From contig OZ024742.1 in assembly GCA_964016885.1 (NCBI GenBank), positions 281,976,001 through 282,040,000 on the forward strand: a stretch of DNA of 64,000 nucleotides. The letters run 5' to 3'. Positions 13,790 to 27,498 of the stretch are shown one piece after another. Each line of letters opens with the position of its first letter. Within the stretch, counting starts at the first letter, position 1. The position numbers were made by a program, and so were the translations under genes. This DNA comes from Eledone cirrhosa. Taxonomy: Eukaryota. The notes below the pieces were generated by a model, which did not search any database, was not told the origin of the DNA, and saw only the letters and a program-made list of their open reading frames with translations.

Positions 13790-15635
13790 TGATAGTATAA
13801 ATCACAGGGCGTGAGACGGAGAGATGAGCTTTTATTCCAACCATAACAATTCCACCATTTATTCAAGTACTGTATTACCGATTAAATAGCCCTGTTTTTT
13901 TTTTGTTTCTTTGTTTTGTTTTTTTGGTTTTTTTTCTTAACAAGGTGGTGGGATATGATTTGACAAACAGCCGATTTTTTGGGGATGTTTAATAAAGAGT
14001 TGCTAAAGGAGATATGCTGGAGGAGGATTGCTGAAAACGCGATGCTCATGGACTACGAAGCGATTCCCTTGGAAGTGAGACGCAATGGGGAGTGGACGGA
14101 GGTGTCAAGGGTTGTTACTTTGCATCGTTTTTCCATGATTGTTGTTGTTGTTGTTTAGCTCCACGCTAACCCTGATCTGGTAGTTATAATCAAAAGCATT
14201 CCAGTTTTGACAATTTTCTCTCTCTTTTTATTCTTCAGGAGCGTTGAGTCTCATTATATTTTCCAATGTGTTCTTTTTACCAGATACTTTATAAGGATGG
14301 GATTTGAAGGAGATTTGACTACTATTTTTACAATGATAAGAGATCATGTCGAGGTTACCTCATCGGCTCAGAAGTGGGATGCAGTAAGGAGAGGAAAGTG
14401 GAGGAGGTTTTAAAAATGTCACTACTTAGCTTTCGTTTCTATAGTCTCAATATTAATATGGGTTATGTTAAAGTGTGTTAAGTCTAATTACCTCCCCCAC
14501 CTCATTAGAGATTTCCGTCTATGAGAGTTAACATACACAGATTGATCATATTTAATCCAAATTGGGAATATGAAAAGTAAGGTCTACATTAGTGAGATTC
14601 TGATCCAAGACGTAAAGAGAGATAACTAAATACCGTTAAGTATTTAATCTATTAATACAGGCTTCTATAAAGCCTTAATCTCACATAGTACTTGTATGTG
14701 ATTATTTCAGATTTGAATTTCATATTCTTACTAGTTAGGATGCCATCTCAGTTGAAATTTTCTGTGAAATGTTTGTCGAAAATGTTTGGCACAAAATATC
14801 ATCGAAATTATATATTTAAATAACTTATCAAGGACAATTAATCATAAATTCTCCTGAGGTATTGCGTATTCGAAATATCGCGGCGTGTTAGGGCGTACTT
14901 TGTTTTTCCAAATCACCAAGATATATGTTAACGAAGATACCGGTTGAAGAAAGTTGAAGATTGTTATATCACACTCATCTATGAATAATGAAGAGCAGCT
15001 TAAGCACATGTTATAGTTGCCAATACAATATCCTGTACAAAAGCCATGAACAATGCCTCTGCATTGAAAATACATTTTAAAACCAAATGGGGAAGACTGT
15101 TTCAATCGTTTGAGCTGCAGAAAATAGCAGCCAAACTTGTTGATAGCATACCTACTGTCTTGAAAAACATAATGAGGTAATCCCTAACGGCATGGATGTC
15201 TGTCCTTGCCTGTCGCTTGTGCATGATTGATCTGAGTCTAAACCAAGCACCCAAAGCGATCAATATCCATCCAGAGCTGTCCATAGGAATACGATGAGAT
15301 TGACTGAAATTTTTGGTTAAAACCTGACATATTAATTTTAAAAGGTTAGTCTGTCCCAAACCATAAGGCTCATCAGGCCAGTGCTTATCGCCCGGTTTCA
15401 TTCTACACACGCGCGCGCGCGCGCGCGTGTGTGTAAGCTCGAAAGATAGGTAAAACAGTTTAGCGTTTAATTCAATCGGTAAATTTCAAGTCAATGTTGT
15501 TTAATAGATTCTGAGGTAATCAATACATAGGGAAAAAAATGGAACTTCTTACTCTAATGATAGAAACTTCGTAAATGAAATAAATTAATGTAATTTAATC
15601 GTGGTTATTTTTATACATCATATATAAATAAATAA

Positions 15636-15686
<51 letters not shown>

Positions 15687-15689
<3 letters not shown>

Positions 15690-16337
15690 TCCTAATTGTA
15701 GGTCGATTTTACTAAGCTTCCACTTGTATTATTATATCCTAGACGTATTAATTAATTAATTAAATTAGACAATTCTGTTGATTGGTTAATTATTTATGTT
15801 TGTTTAATAACGTCTAGTCGAGAGCTGTTATTCGGAATGTTGAGCGGAATTATTTTCCTTTGAATTTACCCGCCAAAAATCGGGGGTTACTTCCCTTGTT
15901 GGAAATAACACGTGACAACGAAATGACTGAAGGTTGTCTATTGCAGCAGTCGCATTGAGTTGAAGTTCACAACGGTTTGAGGCATAGAATGAAATACCTG
16001 TCGATGACGTGAATCCCCTGTTCGATCATAGAATACCACAAGCTTACGTATTACGTAAGTTGGATTGATGATTTCGATTTCATAGAAACATATCGGACTT
16101 ATTGCAGAATATCGTTCGATTTGTCCAGGTCTGTTGTCTAACCTGATTGGTTATTTTCGTTGTGTTGGTATTGTATGGCTGGGTTTTGCCTGCCGCAATT
16201 TTCAATTTGTCATGTTATCTAAACGTATGTTATTACTCTGATGGCCTTATTGAGTGCTTTGCTACTCATTCCTAACTGTAGGTCGATTTTGCTTGGCCGC
16301 AGCCAAAGCTTCGATTTTACTAAGCTTCCACTTGTAT
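15687..16337. mobile_element. Non-autonomous element with direct terminal repeats in (TA)n
   Basis: cattcctaa.tgtaggtcgatttt..actaagcttccacttgtat at 15687-15729 and 16268-16337. Confidence 0.55.
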
Positions 16338-16591
16338 ATATATATGTATATATATATTTATACCGTATAGTAAGTTTGTTGTTGAATTTTTAGGTCAACA
16401 ATCAACTGTTGCATCATAAGCACTCCACGTCGTGGTTCCGTAAATGGTGTCCGACGGAGTATTTATAATAAGGGAAGAAGTTTTTTATTTTTTCAACGAT
16501 GGAGCAAGAAGGAATTAAGCTATTCGTAGCCTCTGAAATGAAGTATAATAGAAACGAAAATGGTGTTGAAAAAATAAAAGTATCTTTTTCC

Positions 16592-16632
<41 letters not shown>

Positions 16633-16635
16633 TGT

Positions 16636-16710
<75 letters not shown>

Positions 16711-17368
16711 TGTGTGTGTGTGTGTGTGTGTGCGTGTGTGCGTGTGCGTGCGTGTGCCTGTGTATGTATCTGTGTGTGCGTGTGTGTGTGTATATGCACA
16801 CATGCGTATGAGTACACGTTTGAGTACACATGTGCGTGTATAAGTGTATGTGATGCCTGGATAGATGGTCGTCATAGAAATCATTCCTCGGAAATCAATG
16901 ATGATTTCTAATGATTGTCGTTCGATTGGCAGAATCATGAACACGTTTGATAAAACGCTTTGCAAAGCTTGTTCCGACTCTAAATTCAAATCATGCCGGG
17001 GTCAACCGTACTTTCTTTCTTTCTAAGGTCCATAAAATAAAGTCCCAATAAAATGCTGGTGTCGATATAAGCGATTCTCCCACCCAATTAAGCTGCTGGC
17101 CTTGTGCGTATAGTAGAAAATATATATACACAATAAGGTTCTTGTGTGTGTATATATGTGTGCGAATGGGTGTATGACGCTATACACGTCTGCCTGTATA
17201 AATACATGAGTACAATTACTGGCAAAGGAATGGTGTTTTTCAACGGGGATATAAAATATTCGTCATGCAATGATGCATATCTTTTTCCCAAATGATAGAC
17301 GTTGCAAAAACAGTAAACAGATGCGGTGAAGAAAATTGATGTGCTCCCTACATATGAATTATATATAT

Positions 17369-17485
<117 letters not shown>

Positions 17486-17692
17486 AATATATATATGGGG
17501 AGGGGACATGAGGGTGTATAACAGACGTAAATAGAATGTTAATTGATAATTCTAAAAGGCAGCATTAAACTGTTTGAAGGGTACAAGGTACACAATCTTA
17601 TCAACATTAAATAAACACACATGTATATATATAAAATAAATCACACACACAACACACACTCACATATTTATATATATATATGTATATATGTA

Positions 17693-17787
<95 letters not shown>

Positions 17788-17817
17788 AAAATGGAACGGG
17801 AACAAAACAGAGAGGCA

Positions 17818-17863
<46 letters not shown>

Positions 17864-18187
17864 ATTATCTTTATACACACCCTTTATAATTGTATATACC
17901 CATGTGGTGTACTGTTTCTTGCAGGTAAGTTAAATCAGTTTAAGGATATTATTAAATAGTATACCCCTCTAATAAACTCATTGGGGAAACGTTTTGGTTG
18001 ACATCAAAGAACACCAGGGGAATATATACGCACGGATGTATATTTATTATAGGTGTATATATGTGTGCATATATATATATATATATATAGATATATATAT
18101 ATATATATATATAGATATATAGATATATAGATATATATATAATGTATTATATATATTATGTATATAATATATATATATATATAATAA

Positions 18188-18236
<49 letters not shown>

Positions 18237-18244
18237 ATATATAT

Positions 18245-18326
<82 letters not shown>

Positions 18327-19392
18327 GGGGGGTGAGGTTCTACTTTCATATCAATAAAATATTTATACACACAGAGAATACAGAGACAACCACAATACAA
18401 CGTCTGCAGACTGATGACATTCATCACCCCCATACTAGTAATTCAAGAAAGAAGGTTGTTGGTTGTCTAGCTAGCCGGATTATAGCTTCAGAAATGTATC
18501 TGAATTTATTTTGTGCCCGAATAGTTATAGTTTTGAGAGTAGAATTGATTTTAGATTTGTGGGTAGCATTTGCTTGGTTGCGCAGTCGGCATGGTTTTGA
18601 TTGGGGTTTGGTTATGTTCTAGCTGAGGGACATACGGTTTTAGTTGTATATATATATATGTCAGTCTTCCCTACTCCACTCCACCCCAGGAACCCACACC
18701 ACTCCCCTCTCACCTCATTATTTCTATTTTTGTAGTTTCCTCCTAACGTTATTTCAACTACCATTTATTTAATTTAGTTTTGTTCATTTTTCATCCTTTA
18801 ACATCACTCTGGTGGATTTTGATCCGCTATGATTAAACACATATCTCTATGTGTACTTCTCTCTATATGTTGATTTATAAGAGCCCGGAATCTATTCCTT
18901 CAACTCATTAAATTATAGAGGATGAATGTGAGTCTTTAAATCCATTTTTTTTAAATTTGATATATTGGCTTCTTATTCATTTCTATATATAAGTAGAGCT
19001 TAAGTTGAATTGTTCTAAGCTGCTAATTTTAGCGGTCTTTTAGTCTATTCACACCACCATGGGCTATAAAACGCACATGTATTTTCTCGATACTATGATT
19101 GTTTTCTTAGTTATCGGATATGTTTTTAGAAGTGTTGATCATATTGGTTTCTGATTTAGGCACAAGGCCACACTTTTGGGCGAGAGGAAAGTCGATTAAA
19201 TCGATTCCAGTGCATTACTGGTACTTTATTGATCGATTCCGTAATGATGAAAGGCAAAGCTAACCTCGGCGGGATTTGAACGCAGAACGTAAAGACATAT
19301 TCTATGAATATTTAATCTCTATTTCAGTATTGAGTTCTTTTTTCACTCAGCAGTCAACTACATACGGATGTATACATATACACACACACACG

Positions 19393-19428
<36 letters not shown>

Positions 19429-19619
19429 CAAAGAGAGAGAAAGAAAGACAGAAACAGAGACAGAGTGTGAGGGAGACAAAGAAAGAGAGAGAGTTAGAGA
19501 GAATGAAAGAGAGAGATTGGGAAGGCGAGAGACGGACAGAGAAACAGAGGAAGTCAGAGTTCTGGAACAGAACAGTATTTCAGTCTAGTCTAAATCTAAA
19601 GTCTGTCTCAAGCCAGAAG

Positions 19620-19865
19620 ACTCGTTAGATCGGCGCTTATCCCGGTTTCGTGACATGAAGCGACTGTGAGTACAAGGTACCCCCCTGGACAGGACGCCAG
19701 TCCATCGCAGGGTTAAACCCCCAGCTATTGCTTTTACTCATTTTCAGCTGAATATACTGGAGCAACGTGAAATGAATTGTTTTGCTCAAGAACACAACAC
19801 GCAATCCAACCCATGACATTGTGAACGTAAGTATAACACCCTTACCACTAGGCCATGTGCCTCCA
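19620..19865 (-). mobile_element. tRNA-derived SINE, second family
   Basis: Reverse complement: A-box tggcctagtgg, tgttgtgttcttgagcaaaac core, aaccctgcgatggactggcgtcctgtccagggg tail. Relatives at about 26940-27085(-) and 50130-50290(+). Confidence 0.75.
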
Positions 19866-20530
19866 TATATATGTATATACACATTGGCACAGTCTCTTTT
19901 ACCCACACTGTGTATATACAGATATAACTTTATACTTAGGCTGCTTAGCGCACTCCTTAATATATATCTTAATTAACTACGACCACAATTGATAATTATA
20001 TGCAAATTAGTACCGCCATTTCAGATTACTACTAAGAGCGATTGTTTACATAAGTCCTTCAAGAACGTGTTTCCTTGTGGTTGTTTAGATACTTCTCATA
20101 AGTGTCCAACTGCATCCGAAAATCGATTAAAAATATTTGCCCTTTTTTTCTGCCATATTTACATGTCTAAATATTTTAAAAATGTGTCTATATATATATT
20201 ATATAACAAAAGTCATAGAGGACATATATTTAAACATAGTCACAGATACATATATGAGTGTTGGCTACCTTCAACTGTGTCGTTCGATAAGTGAATGAAT
20301 TAAGTAAATAATTATCAATCAGAGCTATATAAAAAAAAGTTTGAAGAATAGTCAGATAAAATTTATCCAATGTTTTCTTCTTAGTTCGTAGAAATTAACT
20401 AGATAAATAAGGTTTTAAATGTAACTTTGAAGAAATAACAGAAATATGTCATCGATATGCTTTATGGGGAACAGTCAGTTAGAATTTACCTAGTCTTTCC
20501 TCTTTGTCCGTAGAAATTAACTAGACAAAT

Positions 20531-20700
20531 AATTGTTTCTACGTTTTGGCACAAGGCCAGCAATTAACCCAGTGTATTACTGGTACTTTATTTTATCGAC
20601 CCCATAAGGATGAAAGGCAAAGTTAACCTCGACGGGATTTGAGCTCAGACCATAAAGGGCCGTAACTCTATGCTGCAAAGCATGGCGTCCGACCCTCTAC
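20531..20700 (-). mobile_element. Nin-domain-like SINE (internally deleted subfamily)
   Basis: Close match to 42510-42674(-), 43991-44175(+) and 61873-61991(-). Confidence 0.8.
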
Positions 20701-20834
20701 AGATACTGCCCTCTACACTAGATGGCGCTGAGCTGTCAGTTCTGAAATTCGTAGCCGAAGGCTTTGAATGTGTTTATATATAAACATACTGTATGTTGCC
20801 AGATATACAACTTCACGTATTATATATATATATA

Positions 20835-21034
20835 AGTTTTAATATAGATGAGATTCTACAGGACTAGAACTGTTTCATTCTTTAGAAATCATCAGGAATC
20901 CTGATGATTTCTAAAGAATGAAACAGTTCTAGTCCTGTTGGATCTCATCTATATTAAAACTGTTATACTCTGCTATGTATTGAGTACCTTACTTACTGTG
21001 GTTATCTCCGATTCAACCCGGAATAACTTAACTT
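20835..21034 (+). mobile_element. Fold-back pLTR fragment with HHR core
   Basis: Arms 20835-20897 and 20899-20961. CUGAUGA(20901)..GAAAC. Unique tail 20962-21034, TA flanks. Confidence 0.8.
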
Positions 21035-21644
21035 ATATATATATATATATATATATATAGGGGCGATGAATTAGTTTTGCGAGGTTTTTTATATGAAATC
21101 GTGTGTCGAAACAGATATTGTTATATTTGGGGAGGGTCATATTTGCGTAATATTGCCAGAATTAATAACAGAACACACTCACTGTTTGGTTGGTTTTCGC
21201 TTCTCGCTGTCTTTTATATATATATATCTGCGATCTAACTTACTCGGTCCTCAATGTTGCCATTGACTGACCGGTGGTCAAAAATAATACAGATACAATA
21301 TAGACAAACACATATATATATAGTTTACATAATTTACATAAATCTTTCGTTGCACATCTGCAACATCGTCAGTGGTGTTATATTCATTGTTCCTCATGTT
21401 GTGTTGTATGTCTACGCCATTTTTTTTGTTCAGTCTGTCTATATATTTATTTATTTATTAGCTTGTTTGTTTATCTTATTTTATTTTGTCTTCTTTGCGC
21501 ATGCGTTTGCGTGTGTGTATAGTGTTATGTGTGATGTGTGACTAGTGTGTATAGTGTTGTGTCTGCTGGGTGACTAGTGTGTGTTTATGTGCTTGTGTAT
21601 GTATTTATTTATCTTATTTTATTTAATTTAATTTACTTATTTAT

Positions 21645-22616
21645 TTATACTTCTCTTAGGTCAGTGTTGTTTGTTTGGGTGTTGTTGTTGTTCCACTCAT
21701 TCTTTCTGTTTAGCTTTGGTCTTCTAATTTCTATTTCACTGGCCTCTCTGATTTGCCTATCTGCTGGGTCATTCCTATGTTTAGATATTATTCTAATTTC
21801 TATGTTGTCTATGTTACCGTCATGTTGTTGTCTAGCATGTTCGTATAGTACTGACCCGTTTTTTCGTCCTTTTAGTTCCCCCCAGTGTTGGTCTATCCTT
21901 TCACCTATGCTACGAGCTGTCTCACCTATGTATGTTGTTGTCGTGTTTCTGCAAGTACCCTCTGTACATCTTATGCTATAGACTACGTTTCTAGTTTTAC
22001 AGTTTATCCGGGGGTTCACCTTACATATGATACATTTCCTATTGGTACAGTGGGTTTTCTTAAAAGGGTAGGTTTTGCTGATCAGGGATTTTATGGTGGT
22101 TCCTGGCTTTTCTACCACCTTTATTTTTAAGTGGGTCTTTCTCAGGGCCTTTCTACACTGGTTAGCTAATTTCCCTCCAGGGGTGGCGTCCACAAACATG
22201 ACACTCTGATATCTCTGGTTGTCGTACCATGATGTGGCCTTCCCTATCTTATGTCTAGCCCTATCTAAGCTATTCCATGATTTGCTCCTATATAGTGGGC
22301 AAATTCCTTTCATGTCCAGTTCTATGAGGGTCTTATACTTTTCCATGGCTCCTTCGTATACTCTGACTCTGTCTCTTTGGTTGTAGCCAGAGAACTGCAT
22401 GCGGTTGATGAAGTGTTGGATGTGTCCTTCCATTTCTGTTGGGTCGCACATGCTGGACACATTCTTCATCACTCGTACCAAATCTGCGATCAGAATATTA
22501 AACTTAGCACTACTGGACATTGCTGAGTTTTTGAGTATCAGGTATTTGGAGGCCATGGGTTTAGCATAGTGTGAGTAGAGAATTTGGGCTCTCTCGTCTA
22601 TAGTGTTAATCCAGAG
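21645..22616 (-). pseudogene. Inverted duplicate of the PLE A ORF C-terminus
   Basis: The 303-aa ORF is identical to the + copy except IELDM vs IEQDM. Confidence 0.88.
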
Positions 22617-22654
22617 CTATACGGACCCCCCAAAACACTGATCAGGTAAGAAAA

Positions 22655-24022
22655 ATGGTCGCACATGCAATAGGGGCTAGTATCAAAACTACCCTAAAGG
22701 GCCACATATTTAAGTTCAATGAGAAAATCTACACCCAAAATGAGGGAGCAGCCATCGGCGTCAGCATAGCTGGTGATGTTGCCAACCTTTTCATGGTATG
22801 GTGGGAAAGGAGACTTAAAGATCTCCTTAATGAAAGCTCCATAGACCTCATCATGTACTCTCGTTATGTAGACGATATCAATATAGTTATAAGAACACCC
22901 CCACTAGAGAGCACTAACAAGTTTGATTTAGAACGTAGCACGATGGAAAGCATCCAGCAGATAGCTAATTCCATACACCAGAGTATAACTGTAACTATAG
23001 ACTTCTCTTCCAAACACCCTAACAATAGACTACCTGTATTAGACACAGAACTCTGGATTAACACTATAGACGAGAGAGCCCAAATTCTCCACTCACACTA
23101 TGCTAAACCCATGGCCTCCAAATACCTGATACTCAAAAACTCAGCAATGTCCAGTAGTGCTAAGTTTAATATTCTGATCGCAGATTTGGTACGAGTGATG
23201 AAGAATGTGTCCAGCATGTGCGACCCAACAGAAATGGAAGGACACATCCAACACTTCATCAACCGCATGCAGTTCTCTGGCTACAACCAAAGAGACAGAG
23301 TCAGAGTATACGAAGGAGCCATGGAAAAGTATAAGACCCTCATAGAACAGGACATGAAAGGAATTTGCCCACTATACAGGAGCAAATCATGGAATAGCTT
23401 AGATAGGGCTAGACATAAGATAGGGAAGGCCACATCATGGTACGACAACCAGAGATATCAGAGTGTCATGTTTGTGGACGCCACCCCTGGAGGGAAATTA
23501 GCTAACCAGTGTAGAAAGGCCCTGAGAAAGACCCACTTAAAAATAAAGGTGGTAGAAAAGCCAGGAACCACCATAAAATCCCTGATCAGCAAAACCTACC
23601 CTTTTAAGAAAACCCACTGTACCAATAGGAAATGTATCATATGTAAGGTGAACCCCCGGATAAACTGTAAAACTAGAAACGTAGTCTATAGCATAAGATG
23701 TACAGAGGGTACTTGCAGAAACACGACAACAACATACATAGGTGAGACAGCTCGTAGCATAGGTGAAAGGATAGACCAACACTGGGGGGAACTAAAAGGA
23801 CGAAAAAACGGGTCAGTACTATACGAACATGCTAGACAACAACATGACGGTAACATAGACAACATAGAAATTAGAATAATATCTAAACATAGGAATGACC
23901 CAGCAGATAGGCAAATCAGAGAGGCCAGTGAAATAGAAATTAGAAGACCAAAGCTAAACAGAAAGAATGAGTGGAACAACAACAACACCCAAACAAACAA
24001 CACTGACCTAAGAGAAGTATAA
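22655..24022 (+). CDS. PLE RT (C-terminal half, YVDD) plus Cys-rich linker plus GIY-YIG endonuclease; open but 5'-truncated
   Basis: Q.EGAAIG, RYVDDI, LPVLD, HYAKPM; CTNRKCIIC..C..NVVYSIRC..C..YIGETARSIGERIDQH..H..H..LNRKNEW. Clade label is from memory. Confidence 0.88.
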   Translation: MVAHAIGASIKTTLKGHIFKFNEKIYTQNEGAAIGVSIAGDVANLFMVWWERRLKDLLNESSIDLIMYSRYVDDINIVIRTPPLESTNKFDLERSTMESIQQIANSIHQSITVTIDFSSKHPNNRLPVLDTELWINTIDERAQILHSHYAKPMASKYLILKNSAMSSSAKFNILIADLVRVMKNVSSMCDPTEMEGHIQHFINRMQFSGYNQRDRVRVYEGAMEKYKTLIEQDMKGICPLYRSKSWNSLDRARHKIGKATSWYDNQRYQSVMFVDATPGGKLANQCRKALRKTHLKIKVVEKPGTTIKSLISKTYPFKKTHCTNRKCIICKVNPRINCKTRNVVYSIRCTEGTCRNTTTTYIGETARSIGERIDQHWGELKGRKNGSVLYEHARQQHDGNIDNIEIRIISKHRNDPADRQIREASEIEIRRPKLNRKNEWNNNNTQTNNTDLREV

Positions 24023-24564
24023 ATAAATAAGTAAATTAAATTAAATAAAATAAGATAAATAAATACATACACAAGCACATAAACACACACTAGTCACTCA
24101 GCAGACACAACACTATACACACTAGTCACACATCACACATAACACTATACACACACGCAAACGCATGCGCAAAGAAGACAAAATAAAATAAGATAAACAA
24201 ACAAGCTAATAAATAAATAAATATATAGACAGACTGAACAAAAAAAATGGCGTAGACATACAACACAACATGAGGAACAATGAATATAACACCACTGACG
24301 ATGTTGCAGATGTGCAACGAAAGATTTATGTAAATTATGTAAACTATATATATATGTGTTTGTCTATATTGTATCTGTATTATTTTTGACCACCGGTCAG
24401 TCAATGGCAACATTGAGGACCGAGTAAGTTAGATCGCAGATATATATATATAAAAGACAGCGAGAAGCGAAAACCAACCAAACAGTGAGTGTGTTCTGTT
24501 ATTAATTCTGGCAATATTACGCAAATATGACCCTCCCCAAATATAACAATATATATATATATAT

Positions 24565-24940
24565 AATTAGAATTGGTGCATACAGTGTTTTGCAAAATAC
24601 ACTATATATATTCATATATATATATCGCTATTTCAGAGCACCAATTCTAATTTTCAATTTCTGCTTGACCGGCAACCGCTCTGTATAATCAGTTCCTGAC
24701 TATTACTAGAATTCTATAAGAATCAAACATTCATGATTTTCAGCAAACTGGTGGAGTAGTTAGCTTTGATAAGCACCAAAAAGTGCGAAACAGAGCTCTG
24801 TCAGCTTTATCTCCCCTGTTTGCTGAAAATTAAAGTAAGTGAGACTGTCACTACTCTAAAACAATAGCGTATGGTCTTCGAAATGCTTTTAATTAAGCAT
24901 ACAGTGTATTGCAAAATACACTATATATACATTCATATAT
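24565..24940 (+). mobile_element. Retrozyme-like small HHR element with about 43-bp direct repeats (period 319 bp)
   Basis: gcatacagtgt.ttgcaaaatacactatatata at 24578 and 24897. Complete HHR at 24762-24806, no ORF. Confidence 0.6.
24762..24806 (+). ncRNA. Type I hammerhead, C3U/G8A variant, GUC triplet
   Basis: AGCU UUGAUAA GCAC caaaaa GUGC GAAACAGAGCUCUGUC AGCU, with palindromic stem III. Flanks pair (24736-24748 with 24818-24830). Confidence 0.8.
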
Positions 24941-25191
24941 ATATATATATATATATATAATTGTTTCTACTTTTGGCACAAGGCCAGCATAACGCACCAG
25001 CGTACTCAATACTTAGGGTAGTAGAGTGGGAAAAAATACTTTTTCCTATATATATATATATATATATATATAATGAAGATCTAACACCTCGTCATTATTA
25101 TATGTTGACTTTGCCTTTCATCTTTACGGGGTCGATAAAATAAAGTACCAGTAATGCACTGGGTAATTGCTGGCCTTGTGCCTATATTGTG

Positions 25192-25229
<38 letters not shown>

Positions 25230-25231
<2 letters not shown>

Positions 25232-25319
25232 CAAAGGAATTGTGGTAAGGAACCAGATGGACCATAACGCACCAGCGTACTCAATACTTAGGGTAGTAGA
25301 GTGGGAAAAAATACTTTTT

Positions 25320-25323
<4 letters not shown>
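25230..25323 (-). mobile_element. Family H (about 80-bp tail plus hairpin), short copy; another partial copy at 24988-25048
   Basis: aaggaattgtggtaaggaaccagatggaccataacgcacc..gtagtagagtggg plus a mini hairpin, in (TA)n. Confidence 0.75.
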
Positions 25324-25373
<50 letters not shown>

Positions 25374-25641
25374 AACCAATAGCTTATTAATCTAACCGAT
25401 GAATGGATTACTTACTCAATAATAAACTGAACAGAAAATCAATTAGTGCGTGTTTTTATTGGCTGCATGGCCCACCCAATACACACACACTCAGACATAC
25501 ACATACATACACACACATATATATATTATATATATAAACTGTACGTAACATGACACATCGCCTAGCCATAATAAAGAATATTATTAAACTGTACTTTGTT
25601 ATTGAGTAGTTATTCGCTCGTTTGCCAAAACTGCACCGGTG

Positions 25642-25672
<31 letters not shown>

Positions 25673-25691
25673 ACATATATATATAAATGTA

Positions 25692-25723
<32 letters not shown>

Positions 25724-25727
25724 AATG

Positions 25728-25765
<38 letters not shown>

Positions 25766-25786
25766 TATACATATATATACATATAC

Positions 25787-25868
<82 letters not shown>

Positions 25869-25930
25869 GTATATATATATATATATATACAGACACACAT
25901 ATATATATGTATGTATGTATACATACATAC

Positions 25931-25961
<31 letters not shown>

Positions 25962-27196
25962 CACCTACACCTACATATATATATATACACACACATATAT
26001 AAATATATATATATGTTTGTTTGTATACATACATACATATATATATGTGTGTGTGTGTTTGTGTCCGTGTGTGTGTCTGTGTGTGTATTTATGCACACAC
26101 TCACACACACACACTTACGTGAATCTGCATGTTTGTGTGCAGGTGTGTGGGTACCTGGTGTTACTTACGTTGTAGACGATCACGGCGTGTTCAATATGCG
26201 TGACCATCTGTTATGAATGTTCAACAGATATTTCTTTGCACTGTCCTAGTTTTTGAATTAAACTAAATATAAACATTTATGAAGGTACAAATCTAGGTGA
26301 CAGAATGAATAGATATAATAGAATAAGTATTAAAAGCATGAAGGAAATGGATAAAAGTGTATTAATATATAGAATGTGTGGAAGTAAACTAGATTTCTAA
26401 TAAGCTTATAAATATTTATACGTGGGAGTAGGCATATATGTTTTGTTAAGGAATATCGTTTTCCAACCACCTGATTTCGGGATTTAGCCAGTGCGGGCCA
26501 CCTTGGTCATGTGTCTTTTACCATGATATACAAACCTGTTAACTCTCCCTGTCGGATGGGGAGACCTCCCTCCCACTTTAGGTTGGGTGAGAGATGTCTT
26601 CTGTTGTGAAAATGGGAATAGCTTTCATTATGTTAAATCTCCCCATTTTGGCTCATTTCTCCCCGTTTTGGTGCACGTTTTTTCATGGTTCTTTCCGTTT
26701 GGGTTCTTAGAGGTTGGTAGGTCTGACTTTAGCATTGGTTTGACTAATAGTTTCTGTGAGAAATTTGGTAGACTGAAATTTCAGACGTCCGCCATAAATA
26801 TATGTGCATGTATATGTATTTACCCACGTGTGTTTGATTACGAGATCTATAAAATAAGTAAAAATAAGAAAAAAATTCAGTAGTGGTGTCAAAATGGTCG
26901 ACTAAATCTCTTCAAGAACGTGCCCTTGCATGATGTCGTTGCAACTCATTTCACTAGCTGAGTGAACAGAAGCAGCGTGAAATGAAATGTATTGCTCAGG
27001 GTCACAAGGTAACGCCCTATCCTGGAATCAAACTCGCAACCTCACGATATTGAACCCAACTCTCAAGTGACTAACCCATGTCCCATCAATTACATACATA
27101 TACACAGACACACATCTCTCTCTATATATATATATAAAGATCCCATTTTAGTGTGAAAGCAGCGATTCTTTGCTTAAATTTTAATCTGTTATTTTA

Positions 27197-27234
<38 letters not shown>

Positions 27235-27236
<2 letters not shown>

Positions 27237-27498
27237 AGGAAATTATAGTTCACTTGAAGCATTGTGTAATGAGGTATAAACGTTTGTATATGTATAATAA
27301 AGCCAAAACAATGCAGGTATGGACATAGAATGAAGAATGCAAATGCAAAATATATTGTTGACAATTAGTCTTTTGCCTTAGATTTATTTAAATGTCCTTA
27401 ATTTTCGAGATAATATCTCTTCTTCGGAGAGAAGTAAAGCGGTTAAACCAGTGTTCTAAATAGCTTGCCAAGTCATGAATTGGCAAGCTATTTAGAAC

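Larger units (their letters stand above)
21060..24552. mobile_element. Young Penelope-like element A (Nematis-like RT plus GIY-YIG), 5'-truncated with a 1.5-kb inverted duplication
   Basis: 21115-22616 is the near-identical reverse complement of 23051-24552. Spacer 22617-23050, tail 21060-21114, (TA)n on both sides. Confidence 0.92.

Noticed and set aside
15102-15303. Tetraspanin-like TM1 (SGWILIALGAW) on the minus strand
   Set aside because: It needs a frameshift or an atypical intron phase, and no other tetraspanin exons were seen.
15405-15434. (AC)(GC)n(GT) palindromic Z-DNA-prone tract
   Set aside because: A common microsatellite junction with no evidence of function.
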